NCBI GenBank assembly: GCA_951406725.2
Contig: OX597815.1
Location: 29,822,001-29,886,000, forward strand
Length of the DNA stretch: 64,000 nt
Direction of reading: 5' to 3'
From: Octopus vulgaris
Taxonomy: Eukaryota
Every line of letters starts with the position of its first letter. Positions within the stretch are counted from its first letter, which is position 1. Shown here one piece after another: positions 1 through 14,021 of this stretch. The notes below the pieces were generated by a model that was not told the DNA's origin, searched no databases, and saw only the letters and a list, made by a program, of their open reading frames with translations. The position numbers and the translations under genes were made by a program.

Positions 1-230
1 TCTATATGTATATGTGTATATATACACAACCTGGGATCTTGAAGACTGCTTAAATGCAAGGAAGTATACTAGTCCCTTAATATTTGATATTCAATATTTC
101 ATCTATTCAATAAGACAATCAATACTTCATTTCATTTTACTGTATATACTATTTGTACTATATGTTCTATATTCTACATTAATATAAAGAATATAAATAA
201 AACATAAAAAACAGAGAAGAAATTCCTTTG

Positions 231-235
<5 letters not shown>

Positions 236-328
<93 letters not shown>

Positions 329-346
329 TATGTATTTATTTCCTTT

Positions 347-395
<49 letters not shown>

Positions 396-398
396 TTA

Positions 399-448
<50 letters not shown>

Positions 449-470
449 CGCGTATATGGATATATATTAA
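236..470. repeat. (TA)n microsatellite, imperfect; representative of dozens of such tracts
   Basis: Direct reading; source of the IY-repeat ORFs. Confidence 0.95.
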
Positions 471-1363
471 AATATTAATATATACTGTATAGAGTGTTAT
501 ATGCATATTTTAGTTGTGTCTAATACTAACTGTTGACAACATGTATGCTAAAAGCAAAAGTACTAGCTTCTCAAGTATTCTGTGCATGTATTTCGCTTGT
601 ATCGCTACACTTTCATCGAATTGTGCTAGTATGCGTGAGACCTTACTTCTTGCTGTGAATATGCCTGCGTGTATGTATTGCCCAGACAAAGATGTGTGTG
701 ACTAAAAATGACTTCCTGATGCGTGCACGTATGAGCGATCGCATGTGTTGCTCGGACAGAAATTTGTGTATGAGTTTACGTATAGTAGACATAAAGTTTT
801 ATGAATGTTAGTGTGTGTACGCATATTTATGTTTATGTGTGACTTATGTATAGCTGAAAGAAAATTTTGTGTGAAAGGGAAAAATGCGAGTGTTTATGTG
901 GTTCAAGTCGAGTTAACTGTATTTCCTTTATGTATAGTTCTTTAGTTGTATTAAGTAATACGTAGATTACTTCTTTATTCCACCACAAGGCTTAACTATT
1001 CCTCACTAATTTTTTAGTAGTTTTCCACGTTTTCTTTACCCTTAAGCTGGCTGATACGTTATCAGCTTATGTAAATCTCTCTGTATGCTAATTTACGTAC
1101 GTATATGGAGAAAATGAAAAATTGAAAGAAACAAACAATAAAATATATAAGAACTGGTTTATCATAATTTCTTAAACAGCCGCATAATTTTCAACGGCAG
1201 AATTTAACTTAGTTAAAATAAGAGAGTCGGTAAAAGATAGGTATGAAGAAAGGAAATGTTGAAAAATAAAATATTTTACATAGGACTGATTAAATTAAAT
1301 ATGACTGGCAACTAACGAATTCAAACATCATTTATGTAACGTATGCATACATACACCGATAAA

Positions 1364-1409
1364 CACACACACATACACGCACACGCACACACACATACAC
1401 TCACACACA

Positions 1410-1468
<59 letters not shown>

Positions 1469-1790
1469 CTAAACGTATATTCTTTCATGTAGTGCATAAA
1501 TTTCATCGTCAAGCAGTTGCTCACACACACACACGTGCTCACCTATACAGACATATACACACATACACGCACACGCACACACACATACACTCACACACAC
1601 ACACATACACACACACAACTAAACGTATATTCTTTCATGTAGTGCATAAATTTCATCGTCAAGCAGTTGCTCACACACACACACACGTTCTCACCTATAC
1701 AGACATATACACACATACACTATCCTCACATACACACGTGCTCACCTATACAGACATATACACACATCCACTATCCTCACATACACACAC
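1364..1790. repeat. (CA)n array with ~150-bp tandem duplication
   Basis: AACTAAACGTATATTCTTTCATGTAGTGCATAAATTTCATCGTCAAGCAGTTGCTC at ~1467 and ~1617; CTCACCTATACAGACATATACAC occurs three times. Confidence 0.9.
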
Positions 1791-1824
1791 GTTTGCGCAC
1801 ACGGACTTTAGCTAGGCCTCTTGC

Positions 1825-1945
1825 AACGCATATCTTTCCTGTCTCCATCTGTTTCGTCTTTTTATTCTTTTCTGTACAAGTGCGTGGGTTCGAAACGTCA
1901 AAGACTTATCCATTTTTCCAGAGCGTGAAACTAATACATATATCG
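1825..1945 (+). mobile_element. Penelope-like pseudo-LTR fragment with degenerate minimal hammerhead
   Basis: CTTTT-CTGTACA-AGTGCGTGGGTTC-GAAACGTC-AAAG at 1867-1903; related to the copy at 27722-27915. Confidence 0.6.
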
Positions 1946-2060
1946 TGAAGTATATTTTTGCTACTTAAATGTGGGTGACCCATAAGGGACGATGCTACTG
2001 TAGTTTACGATGTCGTGCTGCCGAGCTGCTACTGTTTATATCTCGCTCAGAGATTTATTA

Positions 2061-2171
<111 letters not shown>

Positions 2172-2172
2172 A

Positions 2173-2584
2173 GGCGCAGGAGTGGCTGTGTGGTAAGTAG
2201 CTTGCTTACCAACCAGCTTGCTTTTCGGGTTCAGTCCCACTGCGTGGCATCTTGGACAAGTGTCTTCTACTATAGCCTCGGGCCGACCAAAGCCTTGTGA
2301 GTGGATTTGGTAGACGGAAACTGAAAGAAGCCTGTCGTATATATGTATATATATATATGTGTGTATGTATGTTTGTGTGTCTGTGTTTGTCCCCCTAGCC
2401 TTGCTTGACAACCGATGCTGGTGTGTTTGCGTCCCCGTCACTTAGCGGTTTGGCAAAAGAGACCGATAGAATAAGTACTGGGCTTACAAAAGAATAAGTC
2501 CCGGGGTCGAGTTGCTCGACTAAAGGCGGTGCTCCAGCATGGCCGCAGTCAAATGACTGAAACAAGTAAAAGAGTAAAAGAGTA
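2173..2584 (+). mobile_element. tRNA-derived SINE, family B (GGCGCAGGAGTGGCTGTGTGGTAAG head), full length
   Basis: A-box/B-box-like head, internal TA/TG tract, (GTAAAAGA)n tail; near-identical copies at 35148 and 39795. Confidence 0.9.
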
Positions 2585-2679
2585 TATTCATGCGCAAAGA
2601 CACACACATTGTTGTTTTTTCTTGTTTCTCTTCGTCGTCTTTTCGGGATTAATTATATATATAATTGTATATATATATA

Positions 2680-2935
2680 CCTTGTGAAAGGTAGGAGAGT
2701 TCAGTTAGCTGGACATTGTTGTAGAGCTGAAAAAGAAGTAATTTCTACTCTTCTCCTCTGGAAACCATCTACTCGCTATACCAGAGGGCGCACACTCTCC
2801 TACCCTGATGTAATCTCCAGGGATACAGGCATCCAGCAACAGGACCTCCGTAATGCCATGATGGACCGTGAAGTCTGGCGTAGCATGGTAAATTCCATTG
2901 TCTCGACCACGGTCGAACAATGATGATGATGATGA
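2680..2935 (+). mobile_element. 5'-truncated RTE-clade LINE 3' end inserted in (TA)n
   Basis: Translation RRVQLAGHCCR...LLLWKP...RGR...DTG...MMDREVWR resembles the RTE ORF C-terminus; (TGA)n tail immediately after the stop. Confidence 0.8.
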
Positions 2936-3589
2936 TATATATATATATATTTAATAAAAAAACGTAGAAAAACACAAGAATAAACAACAACGATATATGT
3001 GTATGTGTGTGTGTGTGTGTGAGCCTTTGGGTATGAACATTTAAGTGACAATAGTTACCATAATTATATCAAACAGAAAATAAAGGGTCAAATGTTACAA
3101 GCGTGGTTAAGCTTCTTTCGGGTCTTTAAATGTATGAATATTTTGATTAAGACGAATGTTTTTTGTGCCTGTCTTAAAAAAAAAAAAATAAATAAAAAAA
3201 TAATTTCTCAAAAAAAAAATCTTTTCCCAAAGTTTGCACGGAAAATCCAAAATTTTCTTAGAATAGAGCATAGAGATAAAAATTCCAGTTAAGGGGCCGT
3301 GATCCCTTTGCAGTAAAATAGAGACGATTTAAGACAAATTATTCAGCAAAATTGGTTGTCGTCGTGGTGAAGTATGAATGCCCTTGTTTCCTCTCCCACA
3401 ACTCTGTCTCACCCAAATGTTTTATTCTCTCTCCCACTCTCTCCCTCTCTCTGTTTCTCTCACACACTTTCTTGATTATCTCTCTTAGACGACAATTCCC
3501 AGAAAGTATATTTAGGAACATTATAGCTATTAAAATTCCAGTAAAGGCGCGTGGCTTAGTGGTTAGGTGTGTTCGATTCCCGGCGGCAC

Positions 3590-3800
3590 CCTGGAAAGAA
3601 TGAAAGGCAAAGTCAACCTCTGCGGAATTTGAACTCAGAACATAAAGACAGAAGAAATACCTATTTCTTTACTACCCACAAGGGGCTAAACACAGAGAGG
3701 ACAAACAAGGACAGACAAACGGATTAAGTTGATTATATCGACCCCAGCGCGTAACTGGCACTTAATTTATCGACCCTGTTTCTGCCAGCTCATCGCCTTA
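3590..3800 (-). mobile_element. SINE family A fragment
   Basis: GAAAGGCAAAGTCAACCTC..GGAATTTGAACTCAGAAC..CTACCCACAAGGGGCTAAACAC shared with many copies. Confidence 0.85.
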
Positions 3801-6663
3801 GAAGGAAACTAGTACTGTCTCAAGAACAATTGTGTGTTGTTCTTTGATGAGTTCACTCCTTAACATGAAGTTAAAAATAATAGACATAACGCTCAAGCTG
3901 GGAATGTTTGCCAAGTTAAATAATATAATTTTCAAAGCCCACCTCTTCTGTACTACTGATGTGACTTTACACCACTCAAGTATCAAACACTTTAGAGAAA
4001 AGTATAAATCCAATAAAAATTATTGTTCCATGGTTTTCTCTCAATTTGCAGCTGTAATATTGTCTTCAAAATAAACGTTGAATTTCTATGGTAACAAATA
4101 GTCATATTGATTTCTTAATTAATCGTAGTTACAGGTGGTATGAATGACTCAAAGTAAAAGTTAAGTCCTTGACAAATTTAATTGCCTCGGCCTTGTTTGT
4201 ATTATGTTTACTAATCAGAGCTATGTTAACAGAGATGTTTGTTGTAAGCTACTTTAGTTCAGTTCATTCATATTCTATCCAGTTTGGTGGCGATGCAGTA
4301 ATGGAATTATTTAAGTAAGACCATGGAATGGGCATTTTTTCTCAGACTAAGTTCACAAGAAAGCTTAAAATACAAACTAATGAGAATCTAAGCGTGGTGG
4401 AAGCAGAATCGATTTTTACTGAAGTCCAATACTTTTCGTCAGAGTTGACTTTGCATTTCACTAGGAGTAACTTTTATGGTCTGTACCTTCCTCTGGAATT
4501 TTCAGAATTGTTTAAGAAATCAGTGGAAACAATGGAATTTTTGCGGGCCGAGGTCAGTAGAAATTTTAGTGGCTTAGACACAGAGAAGCATTGGTGATAA
4601 ATTTCAAGCCGTCGCTTCAATGAATTCTTCTGTCCTATACGACTTGGCTATGTGCAACTCTACAGAATAGATGCTATTCTATTGCTAAATAAGCTAATAA
4701 TTTTATTATCATATCATCCATATTTCTGACCGAAAGATAAATACTTATGAAAACAGGCAAACTACTAATAATAGGACAATGAATGGCTTGGCAGTCTTTC
4801 TTTGAATATATATATTTTTAATTTCTAAATCTGTTTCCATTATTGGCGAATTTTTGGTTCAGCTACATGAGGCAATTTATATGCACATGTTTTTACTTCA
4901 GTTTCACAGATGATGCAACTGTATATAACCAAATCTGTGTTCCAGAAACAACAGTCAGCAATGTATTATGTTATCTTTTCTTATAATTCGTATATTTTGC
5001 TTGTGCTATTGGCGTTCTGGCTATCTTTTATTTATTTCACATTTATAAAAGTAAAAAAAAAAATAAAAAGCTACTTTCATTACTATTTCTATTCTCTCGT
5101 TTGTGTTTTGTTGTTTCTATTCATAAAAGAAACTGAACGATATGAAGAAGGGGAAAAAAAATCCCCTTCCAGTGAAGAAGTATTTACACAAGAATGAAAT
5201 GTTTTCCATAGGATCCTTTCCCTACATTTTTCTTTATTTTTATTACTTTCAAATTCAAGCTAGCTTGCAAGAGTGTTTATTCAAGTTTGGCACGTTTGTT
5301 TTTCTCCCTGCCGTTAAACTTTCTGTCATCAACGAAAGCGGTACCACCCACAAAACTGGAATTAACAATTCCAAACTGACGAGTTTTATTTTGTATTTCT
5401 TTTATTTATTCATCTTTTAATCTATCTTCTTCTTTCTCTCATTTCATCTTACAATACAAGGCCAATTTCCAATGAAATTTTATTTTAAAAAAGGAAAAGC
5501 AATCTAATAGTTTTATTAGAATACTTTTATCTTTCGTTACTGCTGTAGTAAAGTAAAAATATTATTTAAACTAGAAACATAAATAAGACGAAAATATTTT
5601 TGTATAAGAAATGGAGATATTGATTTCAAGGATTTTGTTTATTCTGTTTAATTCATGTCAGCAAATTTATATACGAAAGACTAAAAGTAATGAATTCCTA
5701 GATTGCATTGGATTCAAATTCACAATTTCTCAATTGTTTGAAAATAGAAAGCTTTGTCTCTACTATCGTTTTTTTTTTTTTTTGGAGAGAAACAGCTAGA
5801 GTGGACAACAATCAGACTGCCGAAAATTTATTTGATATCTAAGAAAGAAGTACCTAAAAATTTAAGTTTTGTACTTTGCTGTAAATTTTCATCTAGGAAT
5901 GAGAATTTGTTAATAAGTTGTCTTGGATTTTTTTTTTTGAGATATTAGAAAATTGCGTTTATTTCTGTAAAAAAATATTGTAAGGGAAGTGAAAAGTAGT
6001 AGAATAGTCCTAAATGAAAATCTAAACTGGTACCAAAGTTCAGTTACACACCATGACTCTCATCAAAAGAAGCTCTTAATAATAAGATTCTTAAGGAGGA
6101 TCCTGTCATGAAGGCTTCTAATGGTTTATGTATCTGTCTGTGTGTCTGTCTGTTTGTGTGTTTGTCTGTGTGTCTGCGTCTGTCTGTCTAGCCGATCGAT
6201 CGATAGACAGATACACACACACACGAATACATACACACACACTCACACACACACAAACACACGCGCACACATACACACAAGCACGCAAGCACGCACGCGC
6301 ACACACACACACGCACACACAGAGGACAACCTATATAAGCATTTAAAGAAAGTACACGAAACCAGAGAAAAAAGAAGAGTCTACAAGCTCATTTGAGAAA
6401 AAAAAATACATCGACACTTTGAATATAAACGGTTTCTTGAAAGAGATTGAACGGAATAGAATAAAAACGATGATGTATCTATCATTTGTGATAGGTGGTG
6501 CTAAAACATCTTTTTCAATAGTTGTACGGGAACCGTTTTGTGCAATTAGAAATTGTCCAGCTTTGTCACACTTTCATGCACACACTTCTTACTGCTGTCA
6601 CTGTCACTAGGGACTAATCTCCTAATCTGACTTCCTATTCTCATTTTAAAATAAAACACTGAC

Positions 6664-6770
6664 CTTCCGCTCCATCGATCTCCAAATGATTTGCCAGACA
6701 GACCGTAGAAATTCAAACGACGAGGCAAACATAAAACGTACAACACCGTGACACTGACCAGCAGCCACAT
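6664..6770 (-). CDS. Candidate first coding exon with signal-peptide-like N-terminus (MWLLVSVTVLYVLCLP...)
   Basis: ATG with A at -3, hydrophobic N-terminus, AG|GTCAGT donor at 6663, unique sequence; no homology recognised. Confidence 0.25.
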
Positions 6771-7249
6771 TATTTATGCATTCCTGCAATTTCGTTGTCC
6801 CCCATTGTTTCTTTCTGAATCACCAGGTCAAAAATGGTCAAGTCTCTTAGTTGAAGTATCAATATCAAATGGTAAAGTTACATGAGCCTTTAACAGTTCC
6901 TAGTGTTAACGTCATTGATATGTAAGTTGGCTGTGTTTGTTTTCGCATGTTGATATTCAAACCAACATGCAGTGTAGAAGGTAGCATAAAGGAAGTGTTG
7001 GTATCTATAGTGAATCGCTTTCGTCCTCTTTTAGTGGCGAATTAAAAATCTCTATGGCTAGAGAGAACATAGACTATAAAATGAACTTCTCTGGTGGTTC
7101 TTTCCTTTGTTTAACTCACAGAGGCACAAGACGGCATGGAATAGTAGGGTGAGACTATAGCTGTCGGTTACTATCATCCTGATCTCACGATACGCTATCA
7201 CTCACTAGACGTCTATTAATATTGCAATTAAAACTCGACAGTAAGCCCG

Positions 7250-9550
7250 CTTGGCAAATTTCTGTATTCTCTTCTAATATTGGAGGGCCTCAATCCAACC
7301 TACATCCATTCATCATCTTCTACTAACACGTAAACAACACATACTTTTCCCCTTCGAGTCAATAAACCCTCATCCTTATAAATAGTCCATTTCTTCACTC
7401 AGACTTATATATCTGTAGGTATATAAACTTTACTCTCCCTGCCGCTCAGCACCGTCATTTGGATTTTGTCAAGAAAAGACTCCAGTTACTTATTCCCCGA
7501 ACTTATTCAACCATCAATACTTTGGCCATATTTTCTCCTACATCGAGGACATTTACCCTTCTCTGATGCCTCCAACCCTTTGAACCACAATTCTTTTAAC
7601 TCCTCGTGGCTCCAATGCTCAATCCAAACTGTATCTTTTACAATTCTCAACTCTTTGTATCACAATGTTTAATTTCCTACATTCAACCCAGATCAACACA
7701 CTAATACTTTAATTACACTTGATTGCGTTTGCACCACCAAACCCACCTTCTACTAAACCGTCATTGTTTCTATGACTATCGAGTTTCCTGGCATGTGGTA
7801 GCATGTTTTATCTCAACATGCTACCACACTTTCACATACCACGGAAAACCGAACCTTCTGAACCCAAAAGTATATCAAGTCATCAAAGCAGGAACCTTTT
7901 TTGAATCAACCATCGCAATTTCTGTACGACTATAATTACTTCCATGCATCAAACAACCCCTAAGTAATGTTGCTTCTCAAACTCAAGTCGATCATTTTGA
8001 TCCCTTACAAAATAATTCTACTCTATATATGGAATCTTCTTATTCGCTACTTCTCATCAAGATGGTTGAGTAAGTTCTTCAAAAAAGTTCCCATATTTGC
8101 TATCAGGTTTGTATTTAAATCCACATTGCAAAAATACGTGGTAAATCACCTTCAAAACTACCCTTCTTTACTCTATTAGGCTCTCAACAAAGTGCACGTG
8201 CGCACTTAGTGTCAAAGCACTTTCAGCCACTTCAAAGCAATAATACCACCGGTCTTGTTATTCTTCCTTCCCTTACCACGAAACAATATGCTCCAGAGGT
8301 AGTATTTACTCTCGCCACACTGTTCAAATTCTTTCTGCCTCCAGTGATGTTTGTTACTCTTCGGGAATGCAACACACAATGTTCTAGTCTCAAGAATAGC
8401 AACCATTCTAACCCTGCAAACAATCGCATTATCGCACCCACTTCCAAAATTTCAAAGGTGATGCAGACAGTAATTAATAAATACAGTCTACAGTACTTTA
8501 AATCCTGTTCCCTCCTGAGCTTTGGTCGAACCAGATCTAGTGAAGATTTAATCCCCTATCTCAGTCAGTAGCTGTCCTTCACATAGAAGGAATTTGGTGA
8601 AAAAGAAGTATTGTTGCACATGACACCAGAAAAAAAAATTCAACTATGTGTGACACACGAAGCTCTTAGCAAAATTGCCTGGTTATTGTCGCACAGATCG
8701 CAGATTTCCTGACTGATTGCACAACTAAAGCGTGTTTACACTCCTTCTGATCCACATTCAATCAAATCTGGAGTGCTTCAAGGTTCGGGCTTATTTCTCA
8801 AACTCAACCTTTTATACACTAACAAACTAGTTCCCATTGTCTTCAACAATGCCCATTGGTATATACAGACGATATATACTACCCTTCATTCCTCTTTACT
8901 CTGTTGCATCCAAGCATCAACACGTAACTTAAGCATCTTATGCCAAACCTGCTTTGACCCCATGTCATTATGCTAATCTTGTGTTTCTTTCAACAGATTA
9001 AAGATAAAATAATTGCACAAATCAAGAAAATAATAGTATACTTATTCTCTCTTAAACATGAATAAAAACGAAAATAAAACCCTCCAAATCGCTACAAAAT
9101 CTAAGTCTCACCGTCCCTGAGGATATTTTCTAGACACCAGACACCCTACACTACATTCAAATAAAGGTTACTCAACTGACTGACCTGCAGTTGCTCACTA
9201 ACACATTTCTGTCTACAGTCAGATTCTTATTCCCTCCATTTTCCACAGCAACTACAGCGGCCAGTGTTTCTCTGAGTTGACAGTGCTTTTGACATCTCCA
9301 GCTCAAATACTTGCGACTCACTCGTATCATGTCTTGTCTCTTTAAGCATTATTCTCAGGCTTTACCCCTTTGAATTCTTTCTCTACCCATGTTTTTACTA
9401 CAGATGCCAACCTGCAACCATTTATGAGGAATATTAACCATGTCAATAGTTACTGTTTCTCATAAATAGCTGCAATTTGGCAGCTGTTTCGGGGGAAGAA
9501 GTGACGGCCATAGGCATTGCTATTTCTTCCGGACCAAGCTAATAAAAAAA
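7250..9550 (+). mobile_element. Highly decayed CR1/L2/Jockey-group LINE (endonuclease + RT remnants)
   Basis: APEV..TLATLF..SNPANNRII..TSKISKVM (8209-8571), SGVLQGS (GVPQGS-like) ~8768, YTDD (YADD-like) ~8862, A-rich tail ~9541. Confidence 0.8.
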
Positions 9551-9730
9551 TAACAACAAAAACTCCCATACTCGTACTGAGAACGAACATAAAACTTGAC
9601 TATGTTATATAACTTCCACAACTTGTTTTGATCAAATAAATAAGGGGGAAATTTTCTGGCCTAAAGGTCAACATTTAGCAGAACATTGTATATTGTTAAC
9701 GAGTTTTTCGTAGGATATCTAGTTTACCAT

Positions 9731-9767
<37 letters not shown>

Positions 9768-9791
9768 AATACGATTCATTGCAGCGCTCAC

Positions 9792-10204
9792 CTTCAAGAA
9801 GAAATTCCCAATTGCTTTGGTCAGTCTTGCCATTAAACATGATAGCTAGTGTGCTCAATCAAATCCACATTAATTAAACAGAATCATCTTCTAAATAAGT
9901 GGGTAACTCCTTAACTACAATGGATTCGTCAAACTCAAAGGAAGAGCCATTAACTGTCATGAAAACCGTGACACTGGAGTTCAGTAAGCTAAGTGCGTTG
10001 CAAAACACCGTTCCTAATCTCATATACAAACATGATATACATATATGATGAGACAAACAAGTGACCGCAGAAATTCAAGTAGAACTGTTGTACATTTTCC
10101 ATAATTGCTTCATTTCTTGCTTTCGTACATCCAATCATGAATTCTTGGACTCCAAACTTGTCTTTTATATTGTAAGTACAACAGCTTTTATTCATTCAGA
10201 TTCA
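9792..10204 (-). other. Candidate non-coding (5' UTR) exon
   Basis: AG|GTGAG donor at 9791 and TTTGTAATTCAG acceptor near 10205 on the minus strand; no continuous ORF. Confidence 0.2.
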
Positions 10205-10849
10205 CTGAATTACAAATATCAAATATACTGCATTTCTTAAATCCCTTTCATTCCACTTAGCACAAATTTCTCTTTTGGCGCGTTGAAAGACAACGATGAC
10301 ATATTTTAAAATCAAAATTTTGCGTCCAATTAAATTCCATCACTTTCAAGAGTTTAGAAGATTAAATAAAACCGTATCAAAATTAATTATACTTGAATTA
10401 CCACTCCGTACGCGAAGCTAATGATTTAAGTAGAGTCAGACTGCAAATGGTCATGCTAATTAATATTTGAGCACCTGACACTAGCCTTCAAACTTCGTAA
10501 AACTAAAATAAGATTTTAGAATGGGAATTTTCAAGCATTAAGAAAAAGAAATGGTTTGGTAATCTAAATGGTTTATTACAATTAGCTTATGACTACTCTT
10601 TCACTTACTAGGTTAAATAGTGGGATACATAAAGTGAAATATCTTTAACGTAGAATCGAAACCAGAATGCAATCTCATTTAACCGGCGACATTATTGTCT
10701 TAATCTACACCCGATGTTGCTCTTTGCGACCGTTCTGCAGCAGCAGTGGTGGTAAGGGTAAAATATCTTTCAGCTTTCAATGGGCAGTGTAAAAGGATAC
10801 TAATGTATCCTCTAATATAGACAAATTTCTAATTAAATTTTCGCTTATA

Positions 10850-11370
10850 CCTGACTTCTAACATAGGTGTAAGGTCTTATATTTTGGAGAGAGTTATAAT
10901 CGACATGAAGCTGTCAGAACGTTGAAGTCAATACTACGAGGCATTTAATTCGTTCCTCTACTGTTTCCGCCACACATCGCCCTTATAACTATTATGATAA
11001 TGCTAAACATAGGCAGAAGAAGGGGGAAAACTGTCGATTATAACGGTTTCGGTACTTGACTGGGAGATATTTTATCGACCCAGAATGATATAGGGCAAGC
11101 CGCCTCGAGTAAAGTTTGAACTCAATTTACGGAGAGGCGAAGGAAATGATGCAAGCCCTTTACAACCATTACAGTAGTAATTGGAACAGAGTTGTAAATT
11201 TGGGGAACATATCTGTGTGGAATCGATCCTCAATATACAGCTGGTATTTATTTTATTGGGGAGATTAACAAGCAAAATTGTTGCCGGCAAAAGTTATTCT
11301 CAGACGAAAGAAACGAAATACTGAAAAGCATTTAATCCGGCGCTAGCGTTGTAATATTTCTGCCAACTAA
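10850..11370 (-). mobile_element. Old, degenerate family A SINE copies
   Basis: GGTACTTGACTGG..TTTTATCGACCC..GATATAGGGCAAG..TTTGAACTCA remnants. Confidence 0.6.
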
Positions 11371-11829
11371 CCATAAATTACATCTGTTACAGTAATGTAC
11401 AAATGGAGTTTATTTCCTGTAATCATCTGCTGAAATAGTTTCCTATTAAACCGAGTGAAATTTCTAAGACATTCCTTGGTAGAATATCCATCGAACAATC
11501 AACATGTAGTAACAATAAATTAAAATTCCTTTTAAGAAGAAATGTAATAAATGGGGCCTCGGATAGAACTATATATATTAAGTAGATAAAGTTTTGGTAG
11601 TTTCAAGAATGATATGGTAATGCGAAGAACGAATTTAATCTGCAAAGTATTAAGTTTTTATTGAGATGACACGTTTGATATGTATGGTGTCTCGAGAAAT
11701 GTGTTTGCTCGAAACATTTTTCGTGTAATGAAAATGGAAAGGAAAAGAGGGGATCAAATGCAGAATTAATCTATAACTTAGTTGTTGGAATAATCCTTGG
11801 CCTACGAACTATAATATGCTATACATGAC

Positions 11830-11885
<56 letters not shown>

Positions 11886-11971
11886 GAAGCATTCACTCGT
11901 ACCTAATAACATATACGAATGGATATAATACATACCACTTAGAAAATGCAACAACGACAGCAACCACACCA

Positions 11972-12004
<33 letters not shown>

Positions 12005-12509
12005 GCTACTACCACCACTACCACCACTACTACTAAACAAGCATACACATATTTATATAACATTTGTATGAATAATATTTATTTAAAATAAATCGGTTAT
12101 TTCTAATTAATAAATGTTAACTGCTAGCAATTTCTAATTTGGTGTGAATTTGTCTGAGATAATTGATAATTCACACTTTTATTTACATATTAATTTACGA
12201 GTGTGTGTACATATTAATTTATGAGTGTGTGTACATATTAATTTACGAGTTGTGTGTACATATTAATTTATGAGTGCACGCTTGTGTTTGAGTTGGTTTG
12301 GCTATGTGCATATACAAGCACACACGCATGCATATACGTCTATCACACACACATGCACACACATACACACAAGCACTCACCCATAAACACACGCAAACAC
12401 ATATATGTCTCAGTGAATTGCTTCTGGATTTTCATTCCATTATGCAAGTCAAGTAAGATGCTGAGCTGGAATAACTGAAGTTCGAACCTTTTTGAGTACC
12501 AATTATTTA

Positions 12510-12820
12510 TTTATGCGCCCTTTTCAAGCCTAGCCAGGCTCATGGGCCCAGTTTTCCGGTTTCTGTGGTGTATGTGTTCCCCCCAGCTGGACTGGACGCC
12601 AGTCCATCGCAGCGTTACTCAAGAAACATGAAGAAAGAGTAAGTGAAAGTTAGGGCGAAAGAGTACAGCAGTGGTCGCCACCCCCCTACCCCCTGCCGGA
12701 GCCTCGTGGAGCTTTAGTTGTTTTCGCTCAATAAACACACACAACGCCCGCTCTGGGAATCGAAACCGCAATCCTCCGACCGCGAGTTCGCTGCCCTAAC
12801 CACTGGGCCATTGCGCCTCC
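12510..12820 (-). mobile_element. tRNA-derived SINE family D (GGAGGCGCAATGGCCCAGTGGTTAGG head)
   Basis: tRNA-like A and B boxes on the minus strand; relatives at 52770-53065 and 56030-56170. Confidence 0.85.
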
Positions 12821-12962
12821 CTTTTGATTACCAAAGACAGATAAAATAAAATATTTCTTGGGGGCTGATACTTCTAAACCATTTTCAGTTTAATAGATTT
12901 CTAATTCTGTCGTTGAACGAGATGCAGAGTCACATAACAACCACACACAAACACACACATGC

Positions 12963-13036
<74 letters not shown>

Positions 13037-13073
13037 TAAGCATCTGATGTGTGTAAGCAATGTAAAAAAAAAA

Positions 13074-13198
13074 TGTTCCCCTGATGAAACTCTCATTGCT
13101 CTATGAGCATCTTCCGCAGAGGATCAACTTCTAATTGCGCTATGAGCCCTCTGCAAAGTATGTAAATGTCCACATTAGCGAAACGTGTGTAGGGAACA
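13074..13198 (+). ncRNA. Type I hammerhead ribozyme-like motif with enlarged stem II
   Basis: Stem I TGTTCCC/GGGAACA, CTGATGA 13081-13087, GAAA-C-GTGT-GTA 13180-13191. Confidence 0.6.
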
Positions 13199-13429
13199 AA
13201 TGCCATAACCTACATCTTGTGTTTATCGTACTTTTCCCTGTATTCGTAAACGATAATAATGCAGATTACAGTAATAACGGCACTACTTTACTGGACGTAG
13301 ACAGTTTGATAGTACTCTACATGGAACTTAAAATTCCCAATAGCAGCCGTATATCTAGCTGTTCACACAGTAAATACCACATACACACACAGACACACAG
13401 ACACACACAGACACACACACACACACCTG

Positions 13430-13635
13430 TGAAAGTGCATGGTCAGAGTATTCGGCTCACGACCGTAAGGTCGGGAGTTCGATTCTCGGCGGCGCGTTAT
13501 GTCCTTCAGCAAGGTTGTGTCCTTCACAGGGTTATCCTCGTCACACTCTGCGTCGTATTGAATCTCTCTGAGAATTACGAGGAGGTTGATCGTACAAACT
13601 GAAGCACTCACCATCATAACCGGTGGAGAGCCAGG
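13430..13635 (+). mobile_element. SINE family C, degenerate
   Basis: tRNA-like GGGAGTTCGATTCTC; GAATCTC.CTGAGAA.TACG body shared with 38970-39165 and 55490-55610. Confidence 0.65.
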
Positions 13636-13686
<51 letters not shown>

Positions 13687-13699
13687 CACACACACACCC

Positions 13700-13965
13700 T
13701 TCGGGTTGAATGACCATGGGATTGCACCTAGAAAGTTACCCTCCGATGCAGAAATCCGGGCAAGGTTGTTTTATGGAAGACCAGCAGTTGCCCATGCATA
13801 CCAGCCCCCACCTTCTCTATGCCACTGATGTTATCCAAGAGAAAAGTAAAGGCCGATACAACTGGGCACCAGTGACATCTCAACTCATTTCTACAGCTGT
13901 GTGAACTGGAGCAACGTGAAATAAATTGTCTTGCTCAAGCACACTACACACAGCCCGACCCTGGC
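13700..13965 (-). mobile_element. SINE family E
   Basis: TGACCATGGGATTGCACCTAGAAAGTTA...GAACTGGAGCAACGTGAAATAAA.TGTCTTGCTCAAG; second copy at 44965-45290 carries the tRNA head. Confidence 0.85.
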
Positions 13966-13977
13966 CTGGCTTATCAG

Positions 13978-14021
<44 letters not shown>

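Noticed and set aside
4328-4597. 89-aa ORF in unique sequence with nearby splice-like sites
   Set aside because: No recognisable motif and no coherent exon chain on either strand.
12760-12820. tRNA-like sequences in SINE heads (also 2173, 45230, 52770)
   Set aside because: SINE-derived; no complete cloverleaf, and they continue into SINE bodies.
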